From: Chitinophagales bacterium
GTDB lineage: Bacteria > Bacteroidota > Bacteroidia > Chitinophagales > JADIYW01
Direction of reading: 5' to 3'
DNA length: 64,000 bases
Assembly: GCA_046329805.1 (NCBI GenBank)
Contig: JAXLUA010000001.1
Location: forward strand, 86,542-150,541
In this document: piece after piece, positions 30,204 through 40,425 of the stretch
How the letters are laid out: every line of letters starts with the position of its first letter
Numbering within the stretch: the stretch's first letter is position 1
The notes under the pieces: generated by a model
Databases searched by the model: none
Seen by the model: only the letters and a program-made list of their open reading frames with translations
What the model was told of the DNA's origin: nothing
Position numbers and translations under genes: made by a program

Positions 30204-31295
30204 TTAATGTGCAATTACTCTGGTGCTTGTTTTGGTAATTTTTACCGGCATTCCGGGCTTCACTTGCAACAATCCTGAAACTAACACAGTATCTCCGGCA
30301 TGTAACCCCGATAAAACTTGCACTTCTTTATCCGTTCGAACACCAATTTCTACCGGAATAAATTTTGCTTTACTGCTGTCTGTTACTACAATACGGGTAG
30401 TTCTATCGTCCGGAATTACGGCATTAGAAGGTATCATTATGGCGTTCGGAATTTCTTTTAATTGGATATCTACTTTCACGTAAGCACCCGGAATTAAAGA
30501 CGTTGTAGGATTTTGGATAAGTGCCCTGATTTTTAAATTTCTTGTCGTTTCATCAATATTCGGTTCAATTGCTATAACACGGGCATTAAATGGTTTATCT
30601 ACTCCTGCTACTTTGCAATTCATATTATCTCCGATACGGATAGAAGATGCATATTTCTCCGGAACTGTAACATCCATTTTTAATTGACTAAGATTTTGTA
30701 GAGAAGTGATAATTGTATTGGGGGAAATATATGCGCCCAAACTCACATTTCTAAGTCCTAACCTTCCGCTAAATGGTGCACGTAATTCTGTCTTCGCAAT
30801 TTGTGCTTCCAATAACGCCATGTCAGCTTTTATATCACTTACGGCATTTTCTGCGGCATCATATTCTGCTTGTGATACGCCTTTTATTTTTAGTAATTCT
30901 GCTACTCTGGTAAAATTACTTTGCGCTACTTTTAATTGTGGTTTTAGTTTCGAAAGTTGTGCTTGTAAATCGGCATCATTTATTTTTAGCAACAAGGTGC
31001 CCTTTGCTACCGTACTTCCTTCTTTAATATTAATGGCTGTTATGCGCCCTGACGCTTCGGGTTGCAGTTGCACTTCATCTTGTGCCAATACCGTACCGTT
31101 GGCGCTTAGATCATTACTCAACGGAGTGTATTCAGCAATATAGCCACTTGCAAATAGTGTTTGAAAACCGCCTTTCCCCATTCCCATTGGCGATTGCTTA
31201 GCGGCTTTTATAGCGTTTTTATGGTGTTTTACATAAGCTAATACTGCAATTAGCAGTACTATACTTGAAAAGAAAATTACTTTACCTTTCGTCAT
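30204..31295 (-). CDS. RND efflux periplasmic adaptor (membrane fusion protein)
   Basis: 363 aa. N-terminal TM, lipoyl/hairpin region (LLKINDADLQAQL...AQIAKTELRAPFSGRLG), and beta-barrel domain. Confidence 0.9.
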   Translation of the reverse strand: MTKGKVIFFSSIVLLIAVLAYVKHHKNAIKAAKQSPMGMGKGGFQTLFASGYIAEYTPLSNDLSANGTVLAQDEVQLQPEASGRITAINIKEGSTVAKGTLLLKINDADLQAQLSKLKPQLKVAQSNFTRVAELLKIKGVSQAEYDAAENAVSDIKADMALLEAQIAKTELRAPFSGRLGLRNVSLGAYISPNTIITSLQNLSQLKMDVTVPEKYASSIRIGDNMNCKVAGVDKPFNARVIAIEPNIDETTRNLKIRALIQNPTTSLIPGAYVKVDIQLKEIPNAIMIPSNAVIPDDRTTRIVVTDSSKAKFIPVEIGVRTDKEVQVLSGLHAGDTVLVSGLLQVKPGMPVKITKTSTRVIAH

Positions 31296-31915
31296 GATTG
31301 TTGTTTTATTTCAGTAATAGAATCAATAAATCGCAAGAGTGCATTTTTAAATACTGTCAAAATTTTTTCGGGTGGTGACTTTACTTTATTTGCCATTTGC
31401 ATAGAAATAAATCCGTGAATTATGGCAATCATATTATCTGTAAGCTCCAACCTAAATGCTTCAGATCGTTTTGCTTTTTTATTTAATTGTGAAAATTCCG
31501 GGTGATAGTACGACATAACAGTATTATTCACTTTTGTTGTAGCGGAATTATTGTGCAAACAAATTGCCCCTTGTAAATTAAACATCACTTGATAAATCTC
31601 ACTATTTTTTAGTGCAAAATTCCACCACGTCAAGCCGTATTCAAGCAATCGTTTTTCAGGCTTTTTAAATTTAATATTTACTGTTTCAAAATCCTCAAAT
31701 ATTTGCACAAATCCTTCTCTGCGGAGTTCCTGCAATATCATTTCTTTGCTTTCAAAATAATGATATACAATTGGTGCGGTGTAGCCTATTTCATCGCAAA
31801 TTTTTCTGATGGTAACATTTTGCCAGCCATTATCCGACGCAATATTTTGTGCTGCGGTAAGTATATGCTTGCGTAGTTCTTCCTTTTTTTGCTTTTTCAG
31901 CTCTACTTTTGACAT
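31292..31915 (-). CDS. TetR/AcrR-family transcriptional repressor
   Basis: N-terminal HTH (ILTAAQNIASDNGWQNVTIRKICDEIGYTAPIVYHYFESKE). A 4-bp overlap with the adaptor gene indicates an operon. Confidence 0.85.
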   Translation of the reverse strand: MSKVELKKQKKEELRKHILTAAQNIASDNGWQNVTIRKICDEIGYTAPIVYHYFESKEMILQELRREGFVQIFEDFETVNIKFKKPEKRLLEYGLTWWNFALKNSEIYQVMFNLQGAICLHNNSATTKVNNTVMSYYHPEFSQLNKKAKRSEAFRLELTDNMIAIIHGFISMQMANKVKSPPEKILTVFKNALLRFIDSITEIKQQS

Positions 31916-31920
31916 TTTTA

Positions 31921-31954
31921 TTAACTAAGTTAAATTCAAATAACAAAGTTAACT
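31921..31954. promoter_or_regulatory. candidate TetR operator palindromes
   Basis: ttaactaagttaa (31921-31933, 6-1-6 perfect palindrome) and agttaact (31947-31954, self-complementary) lie 6-40 bp upstream of the tetR start. They share the half-site AGTTAA. Confidence 0.35.
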
Positions 31955-32141
31955 AAAAAAAGTTCTGAGCAGTAACTTATGGATTATCTAAATGTAAAAA
32001 AGCATTAATGGTATAAATTCTTGCGGTAAATCAAAAATACTTTTTGGACGAATTGTGATAAATTACAACTAAGATTCCTTAGAATGATAACGTATGAATA
32101 TAAAAAAACGGATAAGCCTCCATTCATCTATTGAATAATAT

Positions 32142-33227
32142 TTATTTCTGTTTCCAAGCAAAAACCAAATCTATCATCTTATCGTAATTTTTTACGCCTT
32201 CTTTTATACCCATAGTTTTCAGGTAGTAATTATTTATCTTATCCCCAAAGTAGGCGGATTTAAAAGTATGTTCAAGATAATACTTTCTTATTGCTTCTAA
32301 ATCATTTTGGAGTGCTGCAGGCATCTGTTGTTTTAGCTGTTCCCACTGATCAGGTGCTTTTATTTTCAACGCCTCTATTAGATATAACAGATAATTTAGT
32401 TCTCCGCTATATTCCAACGAGAGATTACCGGATTCCACACAACTTACATAGGCTAAGAAGTTGCATTCCGCTTCATTGGTAAATCCGTTACCGTGTGCCA
32501 TTTCATGAATCAGGTAAAATGGTTTTTTAGAATAATAAACGGCATCATCTACATTTCCTTCGCCGGTATAGGGCAAATACTGCCCTCCTATTCCTACAAA
32601 CAAGAACATGTCTTCCAATAAAAATCGTCCTCTTATTTTTGTACTAAAAGGATATTTAAACATATGTAAAGTTGAATCCAACGCATCGCGGCTATTTTGC
32701 TCTATATTATTGATAAAAACAATTTCGGGAATGGGATTAGTATCTTTTTTTATGGACGTTCTTATTTTATTTAAAATCAAAATGGTAGTTTGTGTTTCTG
32801 CCAGCAACTGCTCATTGGTCAACGGTTTTACGGTTAATTGGATTTGATTTTCCAATGGTATTCTACCGTAATTAAATCCCCACATAATAAAAAATAGGGT
32901 TATCATTATACCTGCAAACGAGGCTATTTTAATCAATCGCTGTACTACGGGTTGTGGTTTTTCTTTAAAAAAATGTAGAAACCATTTTAATACAATTAGG
33001 AATAAGACCAACAAAAAAAGGTAATACGATGGGAAAGGCATTTTTCCGAATGTATTATCCAACAATTTCCTGATCCACAAGAAAAAACCTCTTGAGTAAT
33101 GCTCTTCAATAAATGATGACGGTAAAAGATATAACAACAAGAAGCATAATCCTGCCGTAAGTATCCATTTCCATTTACGTAATTGCTGCATCATCTTTGC
33201 AAGATAATAAATTACGCTGAAATGCAA
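32142..33227 (-). CDS. membrane protein with HExxH-like motif (DUF3810-like)
   Basis: N-terminal TM helices. HEMAHGNGF metalloprotease-like motif. The start is uncertain (alternative MMQQLRKW at 33194). Confidence 0.5.
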   Translation of the reverse strand: MHFSVIYYLAKMMQQLRKWKWILTAGLCFLLLYLLPSSFIEEHYSRGFFLWIRKLLDNTFGKMPFPSYYLFLLVLFLIVLKWFLHFFKEKPQPVVQRLIKIASFAGIMITLFFIMWGFNYGRIPLENQIQLTVKPLTNEQLLAETQTTILILNKIRTSIKKDTNPIPEIVFINNIEQNSRDALDSTLHMFKYPFSTKIRGRFLLEDMFLFVGIGGQYLPYTGEGNVDDAVYYSKKPFYLIHEMAHGNGFTNEAECNFLAYVSCVESGNLSLEYSGELNYLLYLIEALKIKAPDQWEQLKQQMPAALQNDLEAIRKYYLEHTFKSAYFGDKINNYYLKTMGIKEGVKNYDKMIDLVFAWKQK

Positions 33228-33249
33228 TAACTATCATTCTATTAAAAAA

Positions 33250-34479
33250 TTACCTGAAGCGTATTGCTTTCATTGGAGAAATGCGACTTATTAAGCGGGT
33301 GGGCAAAAGCAATATAAGCGTACAAATTAGTAGCGTGCCTGTATTTATCATAGCAATTCCGAGCCAATTAAAATAAACGGGTGCTACGCTTAAATAATAA
33401 TTCTCTTCATTGAGTTTTATAAATCCGGTAAAATGCTGTAAAGCGCAAATGCCTATTCCTAAAATATTTCCCCATAACAATCCATGCAAAATAATGTAAG
33501 CCGCATTAAATAAAAATATTTTCGTAATGCTTCTATCTGTTGCCCCTAATGATTTTAGAATACCTATCATATTGGTGCGGTCGAGAATTAAAATTATTAA
33601 TGCAGTAATCATGTTTAGCATTGCTACCAAAACCATAAAACCTAAAATCAAAAATTCATTTACTTTTTGCAAATCTAACCACTCAAAAATATTGCGGTTG
33701 ATGTCTTTCATCGTTTCGGCATTTAGTTTTTGATCAATGTATTTATAGTAAATAGAATCTTTAAACGCATTCATTTTATCCATATCTTTGAGGCGTACTT
33801 CATATCCTGCTACTTCATCATTTTCCCAATTATTCAATTCTCTAAGCAAGCGAATATCCACCAAGGCATATTGCTTGTCGTACTCTTCCAATCCCGTATG
33901 GAATATACCACAAACCTTCAGTCGCCTGCCTATCGGTGATGCCAAATCACTTCTAATAAAATAGGCAATAATATTATCTCCGATATTCAAATTTAGGCGC
34001 TTGGCGGTAGATTGAGAAACCATTATTTCTTTGCTTGCCATCGTGTCATTAAACGATAAAATACGCCCTTGTTTAAGATAATTACGAATGGTATTCCAAT
34101 CATATTCCGCATTTACTCCTTTTAGAACAATGCCTTCAATATCTGTTTTTGTTTTTAGTATGCCTGCTTTAATGATAAATGGAGCTACATTGCTTACATC
34201 AGTTGCTTTACGCAGCTTATCCACTAATACTTGTCCTTGTTTTATTGGTGTTGATTCATACGAGTCATTATTTTCAAAACTTGTGATATGAATTTGCCCC
34301 CAGAATCCAAAAATACGTTCTTTTATTTCTTTGGAAAATCCTGAAACCATACAAGTAGAAACGATCATTACAGCAACACTCAACGCTATAGCTACTACAG
34401 CTATACGGATAATAAATCGGGAAAATGATTTATTATCGCCAAGTGCCAAGCGTTTTGCTGTAAATAATTCAAAATTCAT
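33250..34479 (-). CDS. FtsX-like ABC transporter permease (LolC/LolE family)
   Basis: 409 aa. Typical N-terminus (FELFTAKRLALGDNKSFSRFIIRIAVVAIALSVAVMIV), a large periplasmic loop, and a C-terminal FtsX 3-TM bundle. Confidence 0.8.
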   Translation of the reverse strand: MNFELFTAKRLALGDNKSFSRFIIRIAVVAIALSVAVMIVSTCMVSGFSKEIKERIFGFWGQIHITSFENNDSYESTPIKQGQVLVDKLRKATDVSNVAPFIIKAGILKTKTDIEGIVLKGVNAEYDWNTIRNYLKQGRILSFNDTMASKEIMVSQSTAKRLNLNIGDNIIAYFIRSDLASPIGRRLKVCGIFHTGLEEYDKQYALVDIRLLRELNNWENDEVAGYEVRLKDMDKMNAFKDSIYYKYIDQKLNAETMKDINRNIFEWLDLQKVNEFLILGFMVLVAMLNMITALIILILDRTNMIGILKSLGATDRSITKIFLFNAAYIILHGLLWGNILGIGICALQHFTGFIKLNEENYYLSVAPVYFNWLGIAMINTGTLLICTLILLLPTRLISRISPMKAIRFR

Positions 34480-34569
34480 ATTAAGTTATGCACATCAAAA
34501 GTATTTCTTTCCTTTTGTATTACCAACACATTCCTCATCTTTAGCATACTATTTGTTAGAAGTAAGTAT

Positions 34570-35742
34570 ATGAAAAGGATTATTCTCATTTTATTTTGCG
34601 GCTTTTGTATTATTTCTTATACTACTGCCAAAAATATTGTCACCGGTGCGGAGCGTATCGAACAGTATCTTCCACTATTAAAAGGAAAAAATGTTGGATT
34701 AGTCGTTAATCCAACTTCGATTGTTAATTCCACACATTTATTAGACACTTTACTGAGTTTGGGAATAACTATAAAAACTATTTTTGCACCCGAACATGGC
34801 TTTAGAGGCATGGCAGATGCGGGAGAACACGTAAACAACAGTATAGATACCAAAACCCAAACGCCTATTGTTTCTTTGTATGGAGATAATAAAAAGCCTA
34901 AACCCGAACAGTTAAAAGACATTGACATTTTAGTGTTTGACATTCAAGATGTAGGCGTTCGGTTTTATACTTATATTTCTACTTTGCAGTATGTAATGGA
35001 GGCTTGTGCTGAAAACAATAAACCGCTGCTTATTTTAGACAGACCCAATCCAAACGGGCATTATGTAGATGGTCCTGTTTTAGAAAATGAAAATAAAAGT
35101 TTTGTGGGCATGCAAGCTGTTCCCGTAGTGTATGGAATGACGATTGGAGAATATGCAAAAATGCTGAATGGCGAAAAGTTATTAGCTAACAATGTTCAAT
35201 GCGCTTTAACTATAATTCCATGTTTAAATTATGACCATAAAACATTTTACGATTTACCGGTAAAACCTTCGCCCAACTTACCGAACATGGCTGCTATATA
35301 TTTATATCCGAGCCTCTGTTTTTTTGAAGGTACTGATTATGTGAGCTTAGGGCGAGGAACCACAAAACCATTTCAGATTTATGGCAGCAATCAATTTACG
35401 GGTAAGCTTCCATTTAGTTTTATTCCCAAAAGTATAGATGGCGCAAAAACACCTCCGTTGTTAGGCAAGCAATGTATCGGCTACGACTTGAGTAATATCT
35501 CTTTAGATAGTCTTCGCAAGCAAAAATTTACGTTAAAATATTTACTCAATGCGTATAAACTATCTACTGAAAAAACTAAATTTTTTAATAGCTTTTTTGT
35601 AAAACTGAGTGGCACTAATCAATTAGCCGCACAAATACAAAAAGGCGAAAGCGAAAAATCAATAAGAGCCACTTGGACACCCGCTTTGGTTAAATTTAAA
35701 GCTATACGTAAAAAATACTTATTATATAAAGATTTTGAGTAA
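34570..35742 (+). CDS. DUF1343-family protein (NamZ-like exo-muramidase family)
   Basis: Signal peptide. GAERIEQYLPLLKGKNVGLVVNPTS, FAPEHGFRG and ILVFDIQDVGVRFYTY are typical of DUF1343. Confidence 0.7.
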   Translation: MKRIILILFCGFCIISYTTAKNIVTGAERIEQYLPLLKGKNVGLVVNPTSIVNSTHLLDTLLSLGITIKTIFAPEHGFRGMADAGEHVNNSIDTKTQTPIVSLYGDNKKPKPEQLKDIDILVFDIQDVGVRFYTYISTLQYVMEACAENNKPLLILDRPNPNGHYVDGPVLENENKSFVGMQAVPVVYGMTIGEYAKMLNGEKLLANNVQCALTIIPCLNYDHKTFYDLPVKPSPNLPNMAAIYLYPSLCFFEGTDYVSLGRGTTKPFQIYGSNQFTGKLPFSFIPKSIDGAKTPPLLGKQCIGYDLSNISLDSLRKQKFTLKYLLNAYKLSTEKTKFFNSFFVKLSGTNQLAAQIQKGESEKSIRATWTPALVKFKAIRKKYLLYKDFE

Positions 35743-35761
35743 AATCTACTTATAGCGCAAA

Positions 35762-36109
35762 CTATAAATGCAATCTACTTTTCTTTTCTAAGAGTTGCTC
35801 TTCTGTCTCGATATGGTCTTCATCGATAATACAGCAATCCACCGGACAAACGGCAGCACATTGTGGTTCTTCATGAAACCCTTTACATTCAGTGCATTTG
35901 TCCGTTACAATAAAATATACTTCGTTAGATACCGGCTTTTGCTTTGCCTCGGCATCTATTACATTTCCATTCCATAGCGCATAAGAGCCTTTCAAGCTTG
36001 TTCCATCGCTCAACGCCCATTCGATACCGCCTTCATAAATTGCATTATTCGGACATTCCGGCTCGCATGCTCCACAATTAATGCATTCATCTGTGATTCT
36101 GATAGCCAT
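35762..36109 (-). CDS. 4Fe-4S dicluster ferredoxin
   Basis: The start was chosen at [20 protein letters not shown]. The second cluster motif is [18 protein letters not shown]. Confidence 0.85.
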   Translation of the reverse strand: MAIRITDECINCGACEPECPNNAIYEGGIEWALSDGTSLKGSYALWNGNVIDAEAKQKPVSNEVYFIVTDKCTECKGFHEEPQCAAVCPVDCCIIDEDHIETEEQLLEKKSRLHL

Positions 36110-36181
36110 TTTAAGTAAGTTTGATACAAAAATAAACATAGATAGCTTTTTAAGCGGCTTATTATTAATAACTTTGTGTTA

Positions 36182-37183
36182 ATGAATATTGAACAGCGCA
36201 TCACGGCATTTTCCCGCTTAGGCGACTATATCTTAAGAAATCCTATTGCTTTACAAGAGGTTACGCACCAATCTTATCGACACCACTCCTGGTTTACGCC
36301 GGAGAGCATTGCGCAATCGCTTAAAAATATTGCCGCTGAATTTTTATCAAAAGAAAAATTAGAAAATTGGCTGGTTAATTATACTATCAAACAAAATAAT
36401 GCGCCCAAAACCATTGCAATCGTTGCTGCCGGAAATATACCGATGGTTGCTTTTCATGATATTTTATGCGTTTTGATTTCAGGCAATAAATTGCAATTAA
36501 AACTTTCAGATAAAGATAAATTTTTGCTTCCATTTTTATTAGAGCGATTAATCGAGTTGGAATCGAGTTTTAAAACGCATATCTCTATACAAAATCGATT
36601 AGAGAATTTCGATGCCATCATCGCTACCGGAAGCAACTCCTCTGCACAACATTTTGAATTTTATTTTGGAAAATATAAAAATATAATTCGCAGAAACAGG
36701 AACTCCGTAGCTATCTTAAATGGTACGGAAACGGCTGAAGAATTACAACAACTCGGGCATGATATTTTTGATTATTTTGGATTAGGTTGTAGAAATGTTT
36801 CAAAAATTTTAATCCCTAATGATTTTGATTTATTAAAACTTAAAGAAGCGTTTAATGTATTTTCAAACATCATGCAACATACGCAATATATGAACAATCT
36901 CGACTATCAACGTACTATTTATCTAATGAATCAGATATCGATGGTGGATATTGATTTTATAAATATTGTAGAAAATAAAAGCTTGCATTCGCCTATTTCT
37001 TGCTTGCATTACGAGCGGTATGCCTCCGAAAAGGACGTTCAATCCTATTTAGAAACAGAAAAAGAAAACATACAATGTATCATCGGAAAAGGGTTTTTGC
37101 CGTTTGGTAGCAGTCAACAACCAACACTTACCGATTATGCCGACAATGTAGATACTTTAAAATTTATCACTTCATTAAACTAA
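36182..37183 (+). CDS. acyl-CoA reductase (LuxC-like) family protein
   Basis: ~334 aa. The IVAAGNIPMVAFHDILCVLISGNK segment and overall length fit my recollection of Bacteroidota LuxC-like proteins placed divergently from a ferredoxin. This is recollection only and has not been searched. Confidence 0.5.
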   Translation: MNIEQRITAFSRLGDYILRNPIALQEVTHQSYRHHSWFTPESIAQSLKNIAAEFLSKEKLENWLVNYTIKQNNAPKTIAIVAAGNIPMVAFHDILCVLISGNKLQLKLSDKDKFLLPFLLERLIELESSFKTHISIQNRLENFDAIIATGSNSSAQHFEFYFGKYKNIIRRNRNSVAILNGTETAEELQQLGHDIFDYFGLGCRNVSKILIPNDFDLLKLKEAFNVFSNIMQHTQYMNNLDYQRTIYLMNQISMVDIDFINIVENKSLHSPISCLHYERYASEKDVQSYLETEKENIQCIIGKGFLPFGSSQQPTLTDYADNVDTLKFITSLN

Positions 37184-37191
37184 TTTATCCA

Positions 37192-37755
37192 ATGAGTTCA
37201 GCATTTATTTGCAACAAATGTGGCAGCAATAATTACGAACAATTTTCACAAACGCAAGTACGCTGTATGAATTGCGGCACCGTTTCCGAATACGACTCCG
37301 GCTATCGTGTAATTCCTGAATTTGATTTAAGCAAAGACGAAACCCTCTTAAATATCGAACCTACGGTTTTATTTCCTGCAGCTCCAATCAGCAAACGAAT
37401 TGCCAACTATATAATCGATATTCTTTCCGCAAGTTTTATAATCTTTTTTATTGGCACGCTTTTAAAAATAGAAATTAGCACCCCTAAAGGGGAAATTACA
37501 GATAGCGGTTTATTGATAATGATGATTACAATTCCGGTTTACTACTTTGTTTTAGAATCTTTGTTTGGTAAAACCATCGGAAAATATTTTACAAAAACAA
37601 AAGTAATTTCAGCAGATGGTAAAAGGCCAACGATTTTACAATGTATATTTCGTTCTATATTCCGACTTTTGCCGTTTGAACAATTTAGCGGGTTATTTAT
37701 GAAAGGTGTATTTTGGCACGATTTACTGCCGAAAACATTGGTAATAGAAGATTAG
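37192..37755 (+). CDS. RDD-family membrane protein with N-terminal zinc ribbon
   Basis: CNKCGS...CMNCG zinc ribbon. C-terminal TM region with RIANYIIDIL...GKTIGKYFTKTKV, typical of an RDD domain. Confidence 0.6.
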   Translation: MSSAFICNKCGSNNYEQFSQTQVRCMNCGTVSEYDSGYRVIPEFDLSKDETLLNIEPTVLFPAAPISKRIANYIIDILSASFIIFFIGTLLKIEISTPKGEITDSGLLIMMITIPVYYFVLESLFGKTIGKYFTKTKVISADGKRPTILQCIFRSIFRLLPFEQFSGLFMKGVFWHDLLPKTLVIED

Positions 37756-37775
37756 CATTTAAAAATTATATCTAT

Positions 37776-38264
37776 ATGCACATTCGATTATTTATCACAG
37801 GAGGCACATTCGACAAAGAATACAACGAACTCAATGGTAAGTTATTTTTTGAAGATACACACGTACCCGAAATGCTGGAATTGGGTAGATGTAAATTAGA
37901 CATCAACGTCAGAACACTAATGATGCTGGATAGTTTGGAGATGACCCATGAGGATAGAGAAATAATTGCACACAACTGCCAGCAATGCGATGAAGACAAA
38001 ATTGTAATTACGCACGGCACCGATACAATGGTAGAAACGGCTAAATTGCTGGCGCATAAAATAAAAAATAAAACAATTGTACTAACCGGCGCGATGATAC
38101 CCTATAAATTTGGCAGCTCTGATGGGTTGTTTAATTTTGGAGCTGCTTTAGCATACGTTCAAACACTGCCTTTTGGAGTATATATTGCGATGAATGGGAA
38201 ATATTTTAATTGGGATAATGTGCGTAAAAACAAAGAATTAGGTTTATTTGAGACACTACATTAA
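37776..38264 (+). CDS. asparaginase-domain protein (N-terminal domain only, ~162 aa)
   Basis: The start was set at MHIRLFITGGTFDK (TGGT catalytic-Thr motif). A second motif is ITHGTDTM. There is no C-terminal asparaginase domain. Confidence 0.65.
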   Translation: MHIRLFITGGTFDKEYNELNGKLFFEDTHVPEMLELGRCKLDINVRTLMMLDSLEMTHEDREIIAHNCQQCDEDKIVITHGTDTMVETAKLLAHKIKNKTIVLTGAMIPYKFGSSDGLFNFGAALAYVQTLPFGVYIAMNGKYFNWDNVRKNKELGLFETLH

Positions 38265-38284
38265 TTTCAATTAAAAAAATACTT

Positions 38285-39115
38285 ATGGATACATTTTTTG
38301 TTATCAAGGACTCCGGCGAGAAAGAAGTTTTTTCTAAAGAAAAATTAAAAAATTCTTTGCGTAAAACCCATGCTACCGAAGAAGAAATTTCGGCAATCTT
38401 ACTTGCACTACAACCACAATTATGCGAAGGCGTTTCCTCTAAACATATTTATCAAGAAGCATTCAAATTATTGCGACGTCGCTCTCGCGCAAAGGCATCA
38501 CGATATTATCTAAAAAGAGGTTTAATGGAATTTGGCCCTACCGGATTCCCTTTTGAACGTTTCATTGGAGAACTATTTAAGCACAAAGGATATTTGGTAA
38601 AAATTGACACCATCGTTCAGGGGAAATGCGTAACACACGAAGTAGATGTAATCGCCCAAAAAGAGAATGAAATTATTTTTATAGAATGTAAATACCGCAA
38701 CCAACCCGGCTACTCTGTTGACGTAAAAAATCCGTTATATATTTATGCTCGCTTCCAAGATATTTTAGAAAATGGATTGCTAAAAAATGAAGAGGAAAAA
38801 TTTAGTGGATTTATCGCTACAAACACCAAATTTACGGATGATGCCACAGCTTATGCGAACTGCAAAGGACTGCAACTTATCAGTTGGAATTACCCCATAA
38901 ATAATTCACTGAAAGACATCATAGACGAAACCGGTTTATATCCGTTAACCTGTTTAACGTCATTGACAAAAAATGAAAAGCAAGCACTATTAAACAACGG
39001 GTATATATTGGTCAGAGAGATTTACAACCAAGTATCTATTCTGCGCGCAGTAGGCGTAAAAGAAAGTCGGTTAAATGCCATTTTTAAAGAAGGGGAGCAA
39101 CTTTGTACTTTATAA
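38285..39115 (+). CDS. ATP-cone domain fused to an Mrr-like PD-(D/E)xK nuclease-fold domain
   Basis: The N-terminus (FVIKDSGEKEVFSKEKLKNSLRK...) resembles an ATP-cone. The central region (FERFIGELFKHKGY..., HEVDVIAQKENEIIFIECKYR) fits a D...(D/E)xK restriction-endonuclease core. Confidence 0.55.
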   Translation: MDTFFVIKDSGEKEVFSKEKLKNSLRKTHATEEEISAILLALQPQLCEGVSSKHIYQEAFKLLRRRSRAKASRYYLKRGLMEFGPTGFPFERFIGELFKHKGYLVKIDTIVQGKCVTHEVDVIAQKENEIIFIECKYRNQPGYSVDVKNPLYIYARFQDILENGLLKNEEEKFSGFIATNTKFTDDATAYANCKGLQLISWNYPINNSLKDIIDETGLYPLTCLTSLTKNEKQALLNNGYILVREIYNQVSILRAVGVKESRLNAIFKEGEQLCTL

Positions 39116-39122
39116 ATCGCTG

Positions 39123-40256
39123 TTATTTTATTTCGTATATCTTCTTCAACTTTTCGATTACAAAATCTACTTCTTCTTTTGTATTTCGTTTAGAAAAAGA
39201 AAAACGAATAGACACTCTATTCTCATCCTTTTTCAATGCTCGAATAACATGAGAACCCGTGGATGCTCCGCTACCACAAGCACTTCCACCGCTACAGCAA
39301 ACGCCTTCCATATCTAACATAAACAATAACAATGCAGATTTATCACTCGGTGGAAATGATACATTTAATACCGTGTACAAACTACGTTCATCCGTATTCC
39401 CATTAAAATCAATATCTGAAAAAGTAGCTTTCAACTGTTGAATGAAATAGTTTTTTATAGCTAAAATTGTGGCTTTATCTTGCGCTAAATTAGCATAAGC
39501 ACTTTTTGCAGCTGCCCCCATACCTACAATGCCATATACATTTTCAGTACCTGAGCGCATACCTCTCTCCTGCCCTCCGCCGTGTATAAGTGGTTGTAAT
39601 TTGTTTTGTTTGCGCATATACAAAAATCCCGCACCTTTGGGACCGTGAAATTTATGGGCGGCTCCCGACATAAAATCTAAATGCATGCGTTGAACATCTA
39701 TCGGGAAATGTGCAAATGTTTGCACGGTATCCGAATGAAATAAAGCATGATATTGTTGGCACAAATCGCCTACTTTTTCAATATCTAATAGTGTGCCAAT
39801 TTCATTATTAGCGTGCATCAAGGAGACTAACGTTTTTTTATCAGAAGCTTTCAATTTATTTTCTAAATCTTCCAAATCTACATTTCCATTCTTATCAATA
39901 GATACAAATTCCGTGTCAATGTTTAATTTATCTCTGCAATATTCTACAGCGTTTTCTACACAATGATGTTCAATGGGAGAAGTAATAATACGCTGTACTC
40001 CTAAATCATTTACTGCACTTTTTATTATCGTATTGTTTGCTTCGGTAGCTCCCGAAGTGAAAACGATTTTTCCGGGTTGTGCATTAATCAGCTGAGCGAT
40101 TGTTTTTCGAGCTTCTTCTATTGCTGCACGCGTATCTCTACCAAAAGAATAGGTAGTGGAAGGGTTGCCAAAATGTTCTGTAAGGTAAGGCAACATAGCG
40201 TCTAACACTTCCGGTGCTATAGGCGTAGTAGCAGCATTATCAAAGTAAACTCTCAT
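39123..40256 (-). CDS. cysteine desulfurase (class V aminotransferase, NifS/IscS-like)
   Basis: PLP-Lys context SGAAHKFHGPKG. Active-site Cys loop CCSGGSACGSG. 377 aa. Confidence 0.9.
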   Translation of the reverse strand: MRVYFDNAATTPIAPEVLDAMLPYLTEHFGNPSTTYSFGRDTRAAIEEARKTIAQLINAQPGKIVFTSGATEANNTIIKSAVNDLGVQRIITSPIEHHCVENAVEYCRDKLNIDTEFVSIDKNGNVDLEDLENKLKASDKKTLVSLMHANNEIGTLLDIEKVGDLCQQYHALFHSDTVQTFAHFPIDVQRMHLDFMSGAAHKFHGPKGAGFLYMRKQNKLQPLIHGGGQERGMRSGTENVYGIVGMGAAAKSAYANLAQDKATILAIKNYFIQQLKATFSDIDFNGNTDERSLYTVLNVSFPPSDKSALLLFMLDMEGVCCSGGSACGSGASTGSHVIRALKKDENRVSIRFSFSKRNTKEEVDFVIEKLKKIYEIK

Positions 40257-40425
40257 GCTTAAAAATTAATAGGCAAAGTTAGAAATAAAATCAAGAATAA
40301 CACAAAGATTGTATTAGAGGTAAGTTAAAAAATACGAGAATAAGCATCCGTACAATAAATAAAAGTTGAACTTAAATAAGGATGATTAAAGGAAGAAAAG
40401 AATAAAATCAACAATTCAACCACTA

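Noticed and set aside
39075-39441. 80-aa and 60-aa plus-strand ORFs overlapping the 3' part of the cysteine desulfurase gene.
   Set aside because: Antisense to a confidently identified enzyme gene, with no supporting features.
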